This document shows positions 13,183 through 26,020 of a DNA stretch of 64,000 bases, piece after piece; position 1 is the first letter of the stretch; each line of letters begins with the position of its first letter. Under the pieces are notes generated by a model. That model made no database searches and was not told the DNA's origin. It saw only the letters and a list, made by a program, of their open reading frames with translations. A program made the translations under genes and the position numbers. The stretch lies in NCBI GenBank assembly GCA_038087875.1, contig CM075996.1, positions 64,001-128,000 on the forward strand, read 5' to 3'. Source of the DNA: Malacoraja senta. Lineage: Eukaryota.

Positions 13183-14022
13183 AAACTGCAGATGCTGGTT
13201 TAAATCGAAGGTAGACACAATGGAACGTGTTGTCAGGAATCGGGAAAAAGAGTAAATATGAGTGACACTCAGTGAAGCTCCACTCCTAGGCAGGCAGATG
13301 GGCCAAATGGCTTCCCTCTGTGCTCTGTGCCTATTGATGAGAAACTTTCAGCTCCAAGCACGACATTGCCTCAGCAATCCGTTCCTGGCTGGCTTCCTTG
13401 CTCCTTTTGTTTATCACTTTTTCTCCCCTTGCCTGTCACAGGCAGCGCATTGTGCTCGGGAGGCCTTAAAGCGGTTGCCATGGCAACACCCAATTTCCTC
13501 TCGGAGAGAGAGAGAGGGAGAGCGAGCGAGAAGTTGGCTCCAGGGCCTTCTCAGGGATATCAGCGCACAGCCACCATAAAACCAGCCATTGTTCCACCTT
13601 ACACTGATACCAGAGCCAGCCTTTATCAAATGGAAATATCGCTTACAGCCCACATCCACGAGGGAGAGTTCAGTGTGAGGGCTGCTGTCACACGGACCAA
13701 GGGCTGACTCTTCTTCAGGGCACCTATGGGCCGGTTTGTCCGCATGTTTTTATTTAACTGTTTGAGGAATAACAGGGATCCGCGCAAGAGATTTGACATT
13801 CTGACAATCAATTTCTGGGACAAAAATTGTCCCGTTACACCCGGGCTATTAACTTGCCCGTAGATTGGGAATCTGAAGACTGGGCGTCTTTTGGAAAGAG
13901 AAGGCTACGAGATGGCCCGATAGAGGTCTTTAAAAGGATAAATCGGTTTGATACAATAAGTGTGGTGAAGATGTTTCCACTTGTGTGTGAAAACAAGCTG
14001 AGGGTCATCAAGTAGTTTAAAA

Positions 14023-14238
14023 AAGGAACTGCAGTTGCTGGTTTAAACCAAAGGTAGACACAAAAAGCTGGAGTTACTCAGCGGGTCTGGCAGCATCTCT
14101 GGAGAAAATGGATAGATGTTTCGGACTGGGACCAGGAAGTCTGAAGAAGGATCCCAACCCAAAACGTCATCTATCCATTTTCTTCAGAGATGCTGCCTAA
14201 CCCACTGAATTATTCCAGCAGTTTGTATCTACCTTTGG
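14023..14238. mobile_element. PLE-terminus-derived fold-back element
   Basis: AAGGAACTGCAG..GCTGG..AGCATCTCTGGAG followed by an inverted copy starting GTCTGAAGAAGG. Confidence 0.7.
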
Positions 14239-14816
14239 GAGTCCTGACCATAAGACAGTCACTAATAAATCCATTTGGGAATTCGGGAGAAATGTCTTCA
14301 TCCTAAAACAGGGAAAATGTGGAACTTGACCCCATAGGCACTGGCAAATGTGAACAGGAGAGAGGGATTTAATAACATAAGAAAATAAGAAATAGAAGCC
14401 TAGGTCATTCGGCCCCTTGCCTGCTCTACTATTCAATAAGAGTGATCTTTCTACCTCAACGTCACTTTCCCACATTAATCCCATATCCTTGGATCCCAAT
14501 AAACACCGCTAATACCTTTCCTATGGAAAACTCTTTCCATTAGGATTCTCCAATAATAAAAACACAGCCAATGGCCCTTAAAGTGCAATTTATGTAGGAA
14601 AGCTTAACGGCAGCAGACAATTTATGCACAACATCCTCCCAAATGTGATACCAGTTGCTGGATAAATACTAAGTTTATTATTGTCACGTGTGCCCAAGTA
14701 CAGGAAAGCTTTTGTTTGCGTGTTACCCAATCAAACCAGATAATATTATACATAAATACAATCAAGCCAAACATCAGTACAAAAGGGAGAGAAAGATACC
14801 AGAGTGCAGAATATAG

Positions 14817-15280
14817 GGGAGAGGGTAGGGCTGAAGATGTCCTGGTTGGGTTGCTCCTGGGCCTGGCCAAGCTGGCCATCCGTGAGTCACGGCGCCAGGC
14901 GGTGGAGGGCTCTACCCGAGCCGGCTGCCTGCCACCTTTTCCGGGGATACGTCCGTGCCAGGGTGGGGTTTGAAAGGGAATACGCCCTGTCCACGGGCAC
15001 CCTGGGGGAGTTCCGGGACCGTTGGGCTCCGCAGGGTGTTGAATGTATCCTCAATAAGGAATGTATCATAGTTGTACAGTAGTTTATTAAGGATATATCA
15101 TGTGGTCAGCCATGATCACATTGAATGGCGGTGCTGGCTCGAAGGGCCAAATGGCCTTCTCCTGCACCTATTGTCTATTGTCTATTTATTTGTATTGTAT
15201 TATGGTGGTGGGTTCTGGTTTATTTTATTGTAGTGTAATATTATTGTTTAATAATTGAATACATTTGTTGATTAAAAAAT
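14817..15280 (+). mobile_element. Tx1/L1-group LINE 3' fragment with TSD
   Basis: LVGLLLGLAKLAIRESRR..FRGYVRARVGFERE..GTLGEFRDRWAPQG resembles the Tx1-type ORF2 C-terminus. Short A tail; 15-bp TSD GAGTGCAGAATATAG (14802-14816 / 15281-15295). Confidence 0.7.
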
Positions 15281-15815
15281 GAGTGCAGAATATAGTTCTC
15301 AGCATTATAGTTTTACAGTTTCAGAGAAAAAGACCAATGTCTCCATAGATGCTGCCTCACCCGCTGAGTTTCTCCAGCATTTTTATCTACCTTCGATTTT
15401 TCCAGCATCTGCAGTTCCTTCTAAAGCAAAAATGTCTGCAATGAGGAGAATGGGGACTGTAACTTAAGGAAGGACCGTTCAGAAATCTGTAACAGAGAGG
15501 TAGAAGCTGTTCCTGAGCCTGGTGATCTGCGCTTTCAAGCTTCTTTATCTTCTGCCTGACAGGAGTGGGGAGAAGAGGAATGACAGGGGTGGGAAAGGTC
15601 CTTGATTATGCTGCCTGCTGCTTTCCCCGAGGCAGCTTTAAGTGTAGATGGAGTCAGCGGTGCGAAGACTGATCTGTGTGATGGACTAAATCCACAACTC
15701 TCTGCAATTTCTTGCGGTCTTGAATAGAGCTACGGTGCATCTGTGGACGTTTGCAAGATTCGTACAAACAATATTGGGTGCAGGGCAATGGAAGAATTTC
15801 CCTGGCCTTTCCTTG

Positions 15816-16587
15816 AAATATTGGCATCCATTTCTTACGTCCACCAAATGTGACATTGGTTTAACATCTCCGTTTGATAACAGGGAGCTGAATAAACATA
15901 CAACGATGAAGGGAAGATGAAGAGGGGTGGGAGGAATCTTATAGAGAGCATCAATACTGGCTCTTTGGGCCAAATGGCCTTGTTCTGATGTTGATGGAAT
16001 GGATTGAGATGTTTTCAAGACAGGTGATCTCATGAGCAAAAGACCAACCTTTTTTCACCACAGATGCTGATTGACCCACTAAGTTTCTTCAGCAGTTTGT
16101 TTTTTGCTCCAGATTCTAGCAGCTAGCAGATATATAAACACGAGTTTGAAACAGGGAATCCTTTTTTTCTGATCTCCAGCTTAGGTTTCTTTAGAGTATT
16201 TCTTTCAATAATCTCTCTCCCCCCTGAGACAGTGAGGGGAAGGAGAAGAGTCTGCTAATCGGGATGCAAAGAACTGCAGGTGCTGGAATCTGGTGCAAAA
16301 CTAAAACTGCTGAAGAAACTCAGTGGGTCAATCAGCATCTGTGGAGAAAAAGGGTTGGTCTTTTGCTCGTGTTTATGCAGATCACCTGCCTTGAATACAT
16401 CTCAATCAATTCCATTTCTAATCATCAGAACAAGGCCATTCGGCCCAAAGAGCCAGTATTGATGCTCCCCACAAGTTTCCTCCCACCCCTCTTCATCTTT
16501 GTATTTGTACTCAGCTTCCAGTTATTAAACTGAGATGTTAAACTGATGCCACATTTGTTGGACATAAGAAATGAATGCCAATATTTT
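15816..16587. repeat. ~310-bp imperfect inverted duplication with ~145-bp spacer
   Basis: 15816-16129 aligns by eye to the reverse complement of 16274-16587. Confidence 0.9.
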
Positions 16588-16979
16588 AAGGGGGGTGACA
16601 CAGTGGCACGGCTGGTACAGCTGCTGCCTCACAGTGCCAATGACCTGGGTTCAATCCTAACCTGTTGTCAATGTGGAGTTTGCATGCTCTCCCTTTGACC
16701 GTGTGGGTTTCCTCCGGGTGTTCCGGTTTCCTCTCGCATTCCAAAGACATGTAGCTTTGTAGGTTAATTTTCCTCTGTAATTTGTACCTAGTATGTAGGG
16801 AGTGCATGGAAAAGTGGAATAACATAGAACCTGTGTGAAAAGATGATCGCTGGCCGGTGTGGATTAGGTGGGCGAAAGAGCCTGTTTCCGTGCTATAACT
16901 TTCTATCAAGGCTGGCCATTCTCCATCAATTGCTCTCGTCAGGCAAAGGGCATTACAAGCAATGAGTAAACTTCTCAGT

Positions 16980-17175
16980 TTAAGAAGGAACTGCAGATGC
17001 TGGAAAATCGAAGGTAGACAAAAATGCTGGAGAAACTCAGCGGGTGAGGCAGCATCTATGGAGCAAAGGAAATAGGCAGCGTTTCGGGTCGAAACCCATC
17101 TTCAGACTGATGCCTATTTCCTTCGCTCCATAGATGTTGCCTCACCCGCTGAGTTTCTCCAGCATGTTTGTCTAC
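16980..17175. mobile_element. PLE-terminus-derived fold-back element
   Basis: ~65-bp inverted arms (17014-17078 / 17111-17175) with the hammerhead-like core in the loop. Imperfect 15-bp TSD AGTAAACTTCTCAGT / AGTAAAACTCTCAGT. Confidence 0.75.
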
Positions 17176-17818
17176 AGTAAAACTCTCAGTCCTGGCTCAC
17201 CGGGTCTCTAAGGGTTGTGGTTTCTAGACACATGAACACAAAGATCCAGTCTGATGCTCCCATTACACTACTAGAGCTGCATCTTTCTGATTATATGTTA
17301 AACCAAGGCCCTATCTGCACATTTAGCGGGACATAAAAGATCCAAGGGACATCATTTTAAATAGGAGTGGGTATAATGGTTTCTTTATAATCACGTGTAT
17401 CACGGTACGGTGATAAAAAAAATGTTGAATACAGATCAGCAAGCCTATCACCATCATACATAAGCAGCATTCCCCAGTTAGTACAGAATCTACAGGGCAG
17501 CCCACTGAGTCCATATGCAAGAGGAGCCATTTTGGTGCTATTTTACAGTCCCAGCTGCATCTGGTCACAAAGGCCCCAAGCAGCCGGAGGCTCCATTCCG
17601 GTCGTCCCACGAACCATTGTCCCTCTCCTCGCACGCCCCTCTTCAGCCCTTGTTCCCCAGGGCCGCCTCCCATAGCTGACCTTGAGGGTGTGCAAGGTAA
17701 GACCCGTCCGGTTCTTCTTGCTGGCCTCAACTCAAATCAACTCAGTGTCTGGGTTAACATCACTAAAATTACAGCATGTAATTGCTAAGTGTGAATCAGC
17801 TGCCATGTTTCCTACATT

Positions 17819-18333
17819 ACAATAGACAATAGGTGCAGGAGTAAGCCATTCGGCCCTTCGAGCCAGCACCGCCATTCACTGTGATCATGGCTGATCATCC
17901 CCAATCAGTACCCCGTTCCTGCCTTCTCCCCATATCCCCTGACTCCGCTATTTTTAAGAGCCCTATCTAGCTCTCTCTTGAAAGCATCCAGAGAACCTGC
18001 TTCCCTCTGAGGCAGAGAATTCCACAGACTCACCACTCTCTGTGAGAAAAAGTGTTTCCTCGTCTCCGTTCTAAATGGCTTACTCCTTATTCTTAAACTG
18101 TGGCCCCTGGTTCTGGACTCCCCCCAACATCGGGAACATGTTTCCTGCCTCTGGCGTGTCTAAACCCTTAACAATCTTATATGTTTCAATGAGATACCCA
18201 CTCATCCTTCTAAACTCCAGAGTGTACAAGCCCAGCCGCTCCATTCTCTCAGCATATGACAGCCCCGCCATCCCGGGAATTAACCTCGTAAACCTACGCT
18301 GCACTCCCTCAATAGTAAGAATGTCCTTCCTCA
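17819..18333 (-). mobile_element. CR1 LINE 3' fragment
   Basis: Near-identical to the reverse complement of 480-992; RKDILTIEGVQRRFTRLIPG peptide. Confidence 0.9.
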
Positions 18334-21300
18334 TGCAACAGTGAACACACTTCACTAATACATTACTGGCTGTAAAATGCTTTGGTAGAGCAAAGAAGAC
18401 ATGAAAGGCAAGTTTCTTGGGTTTGTTTCAGTTGGAGATGATTTCAGTGTTTTTAATACTGACAAAAAACGTAAGTTCTTTTCTTTCAAGAGATAGACTC
18501 ATTAGTTGGTGACAGGCTCTCAGATGGTGTTAAGCTCTCTCGCCTAGTTTTTGCGTACTCTTGAATGTCTTTTGAGTTTGTACTAAAGTTAAACCAAATT
18601 CCCCCACCAAAAGATCAGGTAAATGGCCATAACAGTGTTTTGTATCCAAATATTGTGCTATAATAGTATCCGTGTGCTTGCTGACAGCAACAATGCTCCA
18701 TGTGGCTCAACTCCGAACTAATCACAGAAGGACATCCAGCACTTAAAGGCACATTGACCACAGCAAGCAAGCATCAAATAAGGGTCTCAACCTGAAATGT
18801 TGCCTGTCCATTCCCTCCACGGATGCTGCCTGACCCGCTGAGTTCCTCCAGCACTTTGTGTTGAGTGTGTTTAGCATCAAAAACCCCACCTGCCTTGGAG
18901 GAGAGAGGAGCTGCTAGAGAGGAAGACAGCTCCCACTACAGGTGAAAGAATGCAAGTACAGGCCCTGGGACGTACATGTACCCAACGCAATCAGCACAAT
19001 GGGTTGATTCTGTAATGTTTGTGATACATTTACAAATGTACAAAAAAAATTGTTACTTTCATGCCCTGCTCCCATACTCCCTTGAAACGATATGCAGGAG
19101 CCACTCAGTGAGATACTTGCCAAGAGGGAAATCTGGTGTCAATTGGTGCCAGAAGACTGGTCATCCCTCCGGAGTCTGAAGCAGATTATGGTCTAATTGA
19201 GTGGTGAGGATTATTAGGGGCAGATTGCTGCTCTTGATATACAGAGAGATGCTGTATTGCAATGTCCAGAGACATGAGCAGCTCACAGTTCTTTGGGAGC
19301 AAAAGAACGCCAGACTGGTGGTACTCCACATTCTGCTACAGGAGCAGTGATAGTGTATTTGGGTAAATTGGTCTTTCTTCAGTATGTACGAGCAGTGCCA
19401 TGAACCCAGCCCCACACATTCCAATCACTCTTCATAGTTGGCAGGGCCCCATTCAATGTTGTGCAGTGAACTGACGCTCAGGAAAAGAATGAAAGGAAAG
19501 ATACACAAAATGCTGGAGTAACTCAGCGGGTCAGGCAGCATCTCCGGAGAACAGGTGATGTTTCTGGTCGGAGCCATTCTCCAGCATTTTGTCTTTCCTT
19601 AATAAACCAGCATCTGCAGTTGTAGGCCTGTAGATGCTGGTTTATACCAAAGACAGAAACAAAGGCTGGAGTAACTCAGCAGGTCAGGCAGCAGCTCTGG
19701 AGAAAAAAGATAGGTGACGGTTCCTGTCAGGATCCTTCTTCAGGCTGAAAGTAAGGGGTGGGGGTGAAGAGCTGGAGGTGAGCAGGAGGAATCACAGAGG
19801 GGGAGCAGTGAGAGGGTCTTGCAGAACTCACGTCGGAGAGCGGAAGAGAACTTCTTCAGTGCCTACTTTGAAGAAGGGTGGGTTGACTGTGGTTTTGAGA
19901 TAAATGATGTTGATTTTTCTGGTTTTTTTTTTATATGAATGATGTTGAATGAAAATGCATCCTTATTAAGGACAAATAGAATAAGTGACACTGCTGTGGC
20001 AGCTGCTGGCATTATTGCAGACCCTGGAAATGCCCCACTTCTCACGTGTGAATGAAATGCTGATAGACATGTCACCCATTGCACGAATATGTTAGCAACC
20101 AAATGATGGAGAAAGTCCTCCCAGTTCGTTTTAGGCTATTCTGTGCGCTTCTGAAGGCGTGAAACAGCCCGCAGTGAGTTGGGAAGCTGCCAGTCAAGAC
20201 TCCCCATATCAGTAGTGCATCCCTTCAAATAAAGATAGCAGCCTGAGGTACCCTGAGTTATGACAGTCGTAGATTGCACCTTTCTGTTTCAATAAGGGAG
20301 CAAGTAGGCTTTGTACAAGCAGTGACATCAAAGCAAATGCATGATGCAGGGTAAATTTATATGTTGATCGTGGACAGTACGATGGACATAATATTACTAC
20401 TCTGGGATAAATCAATGTTTGTGGTTTCTGCATGTAGAAATGGGCACCAATTTATCCAATTTCTGCTCTCCTGTCCTTGGAACCTTTTGGTATTGGATAT
20501 ATGGCACATCATCCCTTTAACCTGTGATCTTATAGTTAATATTACCATGATTCCAATTTTCCATTGTTAGAAAAAACGCACCCTCGTTTCACTCCCAAAC
20601 GGATGAATCTAATTTTAAGTTTAAGAAGGAACTGCAGATGCTGGAAAATCGAAGGTAGACAAAAGTGCTGGAGAAACTCAGCGGGTGCGGCAGCATCTAT
20701 GGAGCGAAACTCAGCAGGTTTTAAATCTAATTTTAAGGCTTTTTTTCTATTGAAACATTATGCATGTGGGGTTGGCTGCCAAGAGCAGTATTATTGCCCA
20801 TATCTGATTACCCTTGAGAAACTGCTGGTGAGCCACCTCCTTGATTCTGGTGAAGGTGCTCCCGTGGTTCTATTGTGTTGTGGGTTTCAAGATTTAGACC
20901 CATCGATTATGAAGGAACTACAAGGTGGTGGTACCAGCTGAAGGTGGAGGTGTTCCCTTGTGGCGTTTTCTTTGTTTTACTTGGTGGTTGGGTGTGCAGG
21001 TTTGGGAGGTGTTGTTCAAGGTACCTTGGCGAGCAACTGCACTGCATCTTGTACCTGGTACACTCAGTAGCTGCAGTGCACAGTGGTGGAGGAAATTAAT
21101 GTTTAGGGTGAAGATAGACACAAAAAGCTGGAGTAACTCAGGGAGTCAGAGCATCCCTGGAAAAAAGAAATAAGTGTAATTTCGGGTCAAGACCCTTCTT
21201 CAGATGTTTAGGGTGATGGATGGGGCACCAATCTAACGGGCTGCTCTATCCTGTCTCCATTTGTATGCAGAAATACAAATAATTACAGCAGACATCCAGA

Positions 21301-22926
21301 CCTTTCAACCTACATCTATGCTGATCGTCCCATGCCTTTCTATCTCCCCCATCACCAAATCTTTTTATTAATTTTTCCTTGTGTATTTTTCTCCTTAAAC
21401 TCATTTCTGCTATTTACCTTAGATTACATCCTGGCCCCTCTCCCCACTCTCTGCAGAGGTTTTCCTCCTGAATTCCTGATTAGATTTATTAGTAAATAAA
21501 TTAGATTTATTTATTCCCTGCCCACTAAGAGTAATAATTCTGTGTTCCATGCTCCAAATCCCAGACTTTCCCACTGACAGCCTCACCTCTTTGTAAGTGG
21601 GCATGGTTCTGCCAGTCAGACTTAATCTCCGATCTGGTGGCTGGTCTTGTCTAATTGATCTCAACATCCCATGGATTGGAAGCCTCCTATCATATCACTA
21701 TCACTGCCATATGGACCTTGTGTGAATCCATAAGGCCTCCCACAATCGCATCACGAATTGGTGCAATCAGATGGCATGCATAATCACATCAGTGGCTCCA
21801 GGTGGGTGTTAGCACTGCTGGAAAAAGAGAGGAGATGAGAGCAAGGAATACGGGATGATACTAACTGTGAGTCCACCAAAAACCATGCAGAGCCAAAGGG
21901 TTAGGGTTTATTCTAGTTGGGGCGCTGGTTGGGCTTTTGAACGAAAGAGTTAATTTGTGCCCAGGCGACACTGTATCTAACCTGGTTATTTTGAAATCCT
22001 GTAATCGTATTAGTGGTGTGGGATTTGCTGCCTGCTATAAGGGAACCCATTGTGTAGGTGCAGAGCTTAAGCTTGCAGTCAGTCCTGACCACAGTGCAGC
22101 ACTCTAAATGGCCTCTTTGTTCCCCATGGTCTCAAGAGCAAGTCTGCAAATTGCAGACTCACGTTTAGCTGAGCGTCGAGGAGTCCTACCTATTGCTCCT
22201 ACCTACAGTATACCCCCCACACCCCTACCACTGTAAGGCTTCATTCCTGAGAGGAAGTATGTGGTGGGGAGAGCAACAGCTCAAACATCCATCTGTCAAG
22301 ATCTTCACAAGAGGTGGTGTCTTAGGATTTTAACTTTGTAGCTTAAAATTGTTAGTTTAATTAATTTATCATGTTAGATTTTCCCCCACACCAATCTTTA
22401 ATCAACAGAAATTCTGGGTCTGGGAGTGTTATAGTGATATTCCTAAATCAATAATCTACGTAATGAGTGTTCAAATCCTATCTAGGGTAGCTGGAAGATT
22501 TTAATTCAGGGTAAAATATGTAGAAATAAAGAAAAAGGGTACAGACAGATGAGATCAGTTTAACATGGCATCATGTTCGGCCAAATATTGTTGGATTAAT
22601 GTAAGAATTCTGCTTACATTACATGGTTTGCTCCGAAGTATGACTCTGGATCCAATATCATATCAATATCGTCACCTGAAGCAAAGTATGTGGAATCCTG
22701 GTATTCAACATTCAATGATACTTTATTGTCACGTGTACCTGAGTACAGTGATATTATTTTTTTGCATACAGTTTAGAGACAATCCTATTATACAAAAGGC
22801 ACAATCATACCAAATATAAGAGTGTACGGTAGTCCAGGTCAGTACACGAGAGTTGCCACATTTTAGGCGCCATCTTGTACCCTTCAACTTTGATTTTTTT
22901 TTTAATGTTAGTCTCAACTTGGCCAT

Positions 22927-23070
22927 GGGGTGGGAGATTGCAACCTTCACGTGGTCCGCCCTGTTTCGACGAATGCAATCAACCTGGCGTGCACAATCAA
23001 ATAAGATCAAATAGAACAAGTTGTCCTGCAACTTTAGGCTGTGCCCGCCATACGCAAGAAGAAGAAGAAG
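22927..23070 (+). mobile_element. Unclassified 144-bp retroposon with (GAA)n tail
   Basis: Perfect 11-bp TSD AACTTGGCCAT (22916-22926 / 23071-23081). Confidence 0.75.
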
Positions 23071-24509
23071 AACTTGGCCATAAAGGCCCGTTTAGACTAA
23101 AAATAGCCAGGTTACATTGAACCTGTATGAAACCATGGTTAGGCCAAAACTAGAGTTTGCATCCAATTCTAATCGCCACACTTTCGGAAGGATGGGAAAG
23201 GACTACTGAAAGAACTGCACGCATAATTCGGAGGATGAGGGATTCCAGTTACAAGGTTAGACTGGAGAAACGGCTGTTCTTTGAATAAAGACGTTGGGGA
23301 GGGATTCGATGGGAGTGTGGAACATCAGGACTGGTTTAGACAGAGGCATTGAGTGAAACATGTCTGATTAGATAATGATTCAAGGTCAAAGGAATGCAGA
23401 CTGAAAATGAAGGGCATAGAAACTATAGGATAACAAGGGGAACATCTTTTTTATACATGGTACAGAAGCTAGAGGTTTCAAGAGGGAAATAGAAAGGCAC
23501 TAAGAAGAAGAATTAGCAGGGCAATGAGGAAAGAGCAGGAGAGTTAGATGATTGGATTTTCCTGCTGGATGCTTGAATTGCCTGTCTTTGTGCCATAGTG
23601 ATTGCATGAACCTGTCAAGTGGACTGGCACAGTTAGCATCTCAAAGATAACGCAGGACAAGTCATAAATGTTGGCCTCATGGTATCCTCTCAGACTCATG
23701 ACCTCTGCAGAACAAGGGCAGGACCAGGGAGCATCATCATCTGCATGTTCTCCACCAAGTCACACACCATCTCAATGGCAATATGGACCAGGAAAATTAG
23801 AATAGAATTGGATCTTCAATTAATATTGACGACCTCGGGAGATGACAATATCTATTTTCTGCCTGATTCCTCAAAATTAGGTTTGAAATACCTCAGGAAG
23901 GGAAAACGGAAGGACTGGGTCAAAGTTCAGGCTTCTGCTCATACTCTAACGACCTATTTTGGCTTTATGCGAGTTGACTGACTGTGAAGCTGTTAGTTAC
24001 AGAACATCTGAAATACAGTCAGGTGTGGCTCATCAAGTAGTGTTCCTATCCTTGAAGTCAAGGCCTCTGAGTTCAGTTCTACTCTGGAGACTTGACTTAG
24101 TTGACTAAGGGTGACCTGCATTATCACACATACCTTAGTGAATGAAAACCAAGACCTCACCTAGTCTTTCAAGCAAACATAAAAAACCCATGATACTATA
24201 TTTTAAGAGTTCTCCCTTGTGACCTGGGACTAATATATGAACCAACATCACTAAATTGGGTTTGCACATAATAGAGAGATTACTTTTCAAAAAATTCTTT
24301 ACTGGTTAAAGTCAATTTGGAAGAAACTGAACGAGAAAGGTGCTAAAGAAACACAAGCCTATTTAGCTCTCTCTCTCTCTCTCCACGAAGACTGTGGTTA
24401 CAATAAGACTGCATCCCAGTAGGGAGAGTAAATGGGAGGGAATGTGTCATAAACTGCGTATTGCCGGAAAAGAAGAATGTGGCTTTGACATTTACATAAA
24501 TGAAGACAT

Positions 24510-24752
24510 GGATGTATGTGTATGTGTGTATTTGTAGTCATTTGAGAAGATGTGTATGCTTTATTGCCAACTTGAATGTGTGAGGCTGAATGAGGCGAGA
24601 GTCTGTGTGTGTGTGCATGAGTTATTGTGAATGTGTGAGCACACTTGAGTGCATGCTGTGTGGGTATTATGAATGTATATGTAAGTATAAGAGAAGGTGA
24701 GTGTGTGCGTCTGAGCCTGTACAAGATGTGAGTGTGTAAGATTGTACAAGGT

Positions 24753-24794
<42 letters not shown>

Positions 24795-24845
24795 ATTGTG
24801 TATTTATGTGAAGATATGTGAGAGAGTGTGTGTCTGTGTGTGGTG
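24510..24845. repeat. TG-rich low-complexity tract with a pure (TG)n microsatellite at ~24755-24792
   Basis: Directly visible. Confidence 0.9.
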
Positions 24846-25981
24846 CCCTAACTGAAAACCTGAGACAGAGATTTCCACTGACTACCTTGCATGGCACTAA
24901 TTCCTTGGCTCCCTGCCATGAAATATATTTTTCCAAGGAAGTTTTTGCCTGCTGCTGGGCTGATTTGAGGGCTCCCCACCTCTTCCAGTCTCGATCCCCT
25001 GTTGCACCCACCCCTTTGTGGACTCTCTCTCTCGGCCCCAGTGCTGTCTGCGTGTGTGCCTATAAAAAATAAACCCTACAGGTTTATTAAAATAACAGAC
25101 AGCATCCAAGGGAGTAACAGGCCTACAGTTCTATCTGGGTGATGTTATAGACCGCAACGGCAGTTTAGGAAAGAGCGTCCAAGTCCTTGGTCTAAACTCC
25201 AGCCAGCACCCTCCCTCCCAGGTATTTACTTTACAGAACAGAGCCTCACTGTGTGGTGTCAGCTCAGGGAAAGGTTGAGAAATCACACAACCTCCACCCC
25301 ATCAAGGCCACTGTCGAGCTATGTTGGACTGTGTCGGTTTCAGTGCCCTGGCTACATGGTACAGACCTCAATTTTCACTCACCACTGCCCCCCCCCCTCT
25401 CCCCCCCACACACACACATTTATCCATCAAAACTCTTCCTACCCCCCTCTGCGGCCTAGTCCTTTGAGAACTGTAAAGATTTTTAAAATAGAGTTGTGGG
25501 TGCAGAGGGTAGTTTTTAATCTCTCCCGCTGAGAGACGTTAGAGGTGGAGTGAGTGTGTGACAGAAAGAGTGACACCTGAACAATTGGATAACGAAGGCA
25601 GGAATGTAGGCTCTGCTAGGGGAATGTGCGCTTGTAGCATCAATGTTGTAAAATTCAAGCAATTACCCTTCCTAATAAAGAGCAGGTAACTCTGGCAATT
25701 TAACCTCACATCCAGCTGAAATTTGGGCACCGGAGAAGGCACTAAGAGCAGAAATTGGCGACGTTACCCAAGTTGTACCAATTAAGTTTGATAAAATTAC
25801 ATCTCGTTTCAAACAGGGAACAAAACGCAAATGTCGCCAATACCTGCTGATGGCCTGTCAATTTTGCAGCCTTTACTAGTCTGAACCTGGTATCTCACAT
25901 CCAACAATAAACAGTGTTAAACTGACTCAATTTTCTGGACAGTAGGGACAACCACAACTCTCGACAGGAGTCAACTCAACT

Positions 25982-26020
25982 TGTATTTCATCCCAATCTG
26001 GAGAATTGGGATGAAATACA
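25982..26020. repeat. Perfect 16-bp inverted repeat with 7-nt loop
   Basis: TGTATTTCATCCCAAT-ctggaga-ATTGGGATGAAATACA. Confidence 0.9.

Noticed and set aside
21897..21909. Interstitial telomere-like AGGGTTAGGGTT
   Set aside because: Only two units; compatible with chance.
24398..24796. His/Thr-rich 132-aa ORF
   Set aside because: Translation of a (CA)n-rich tract.
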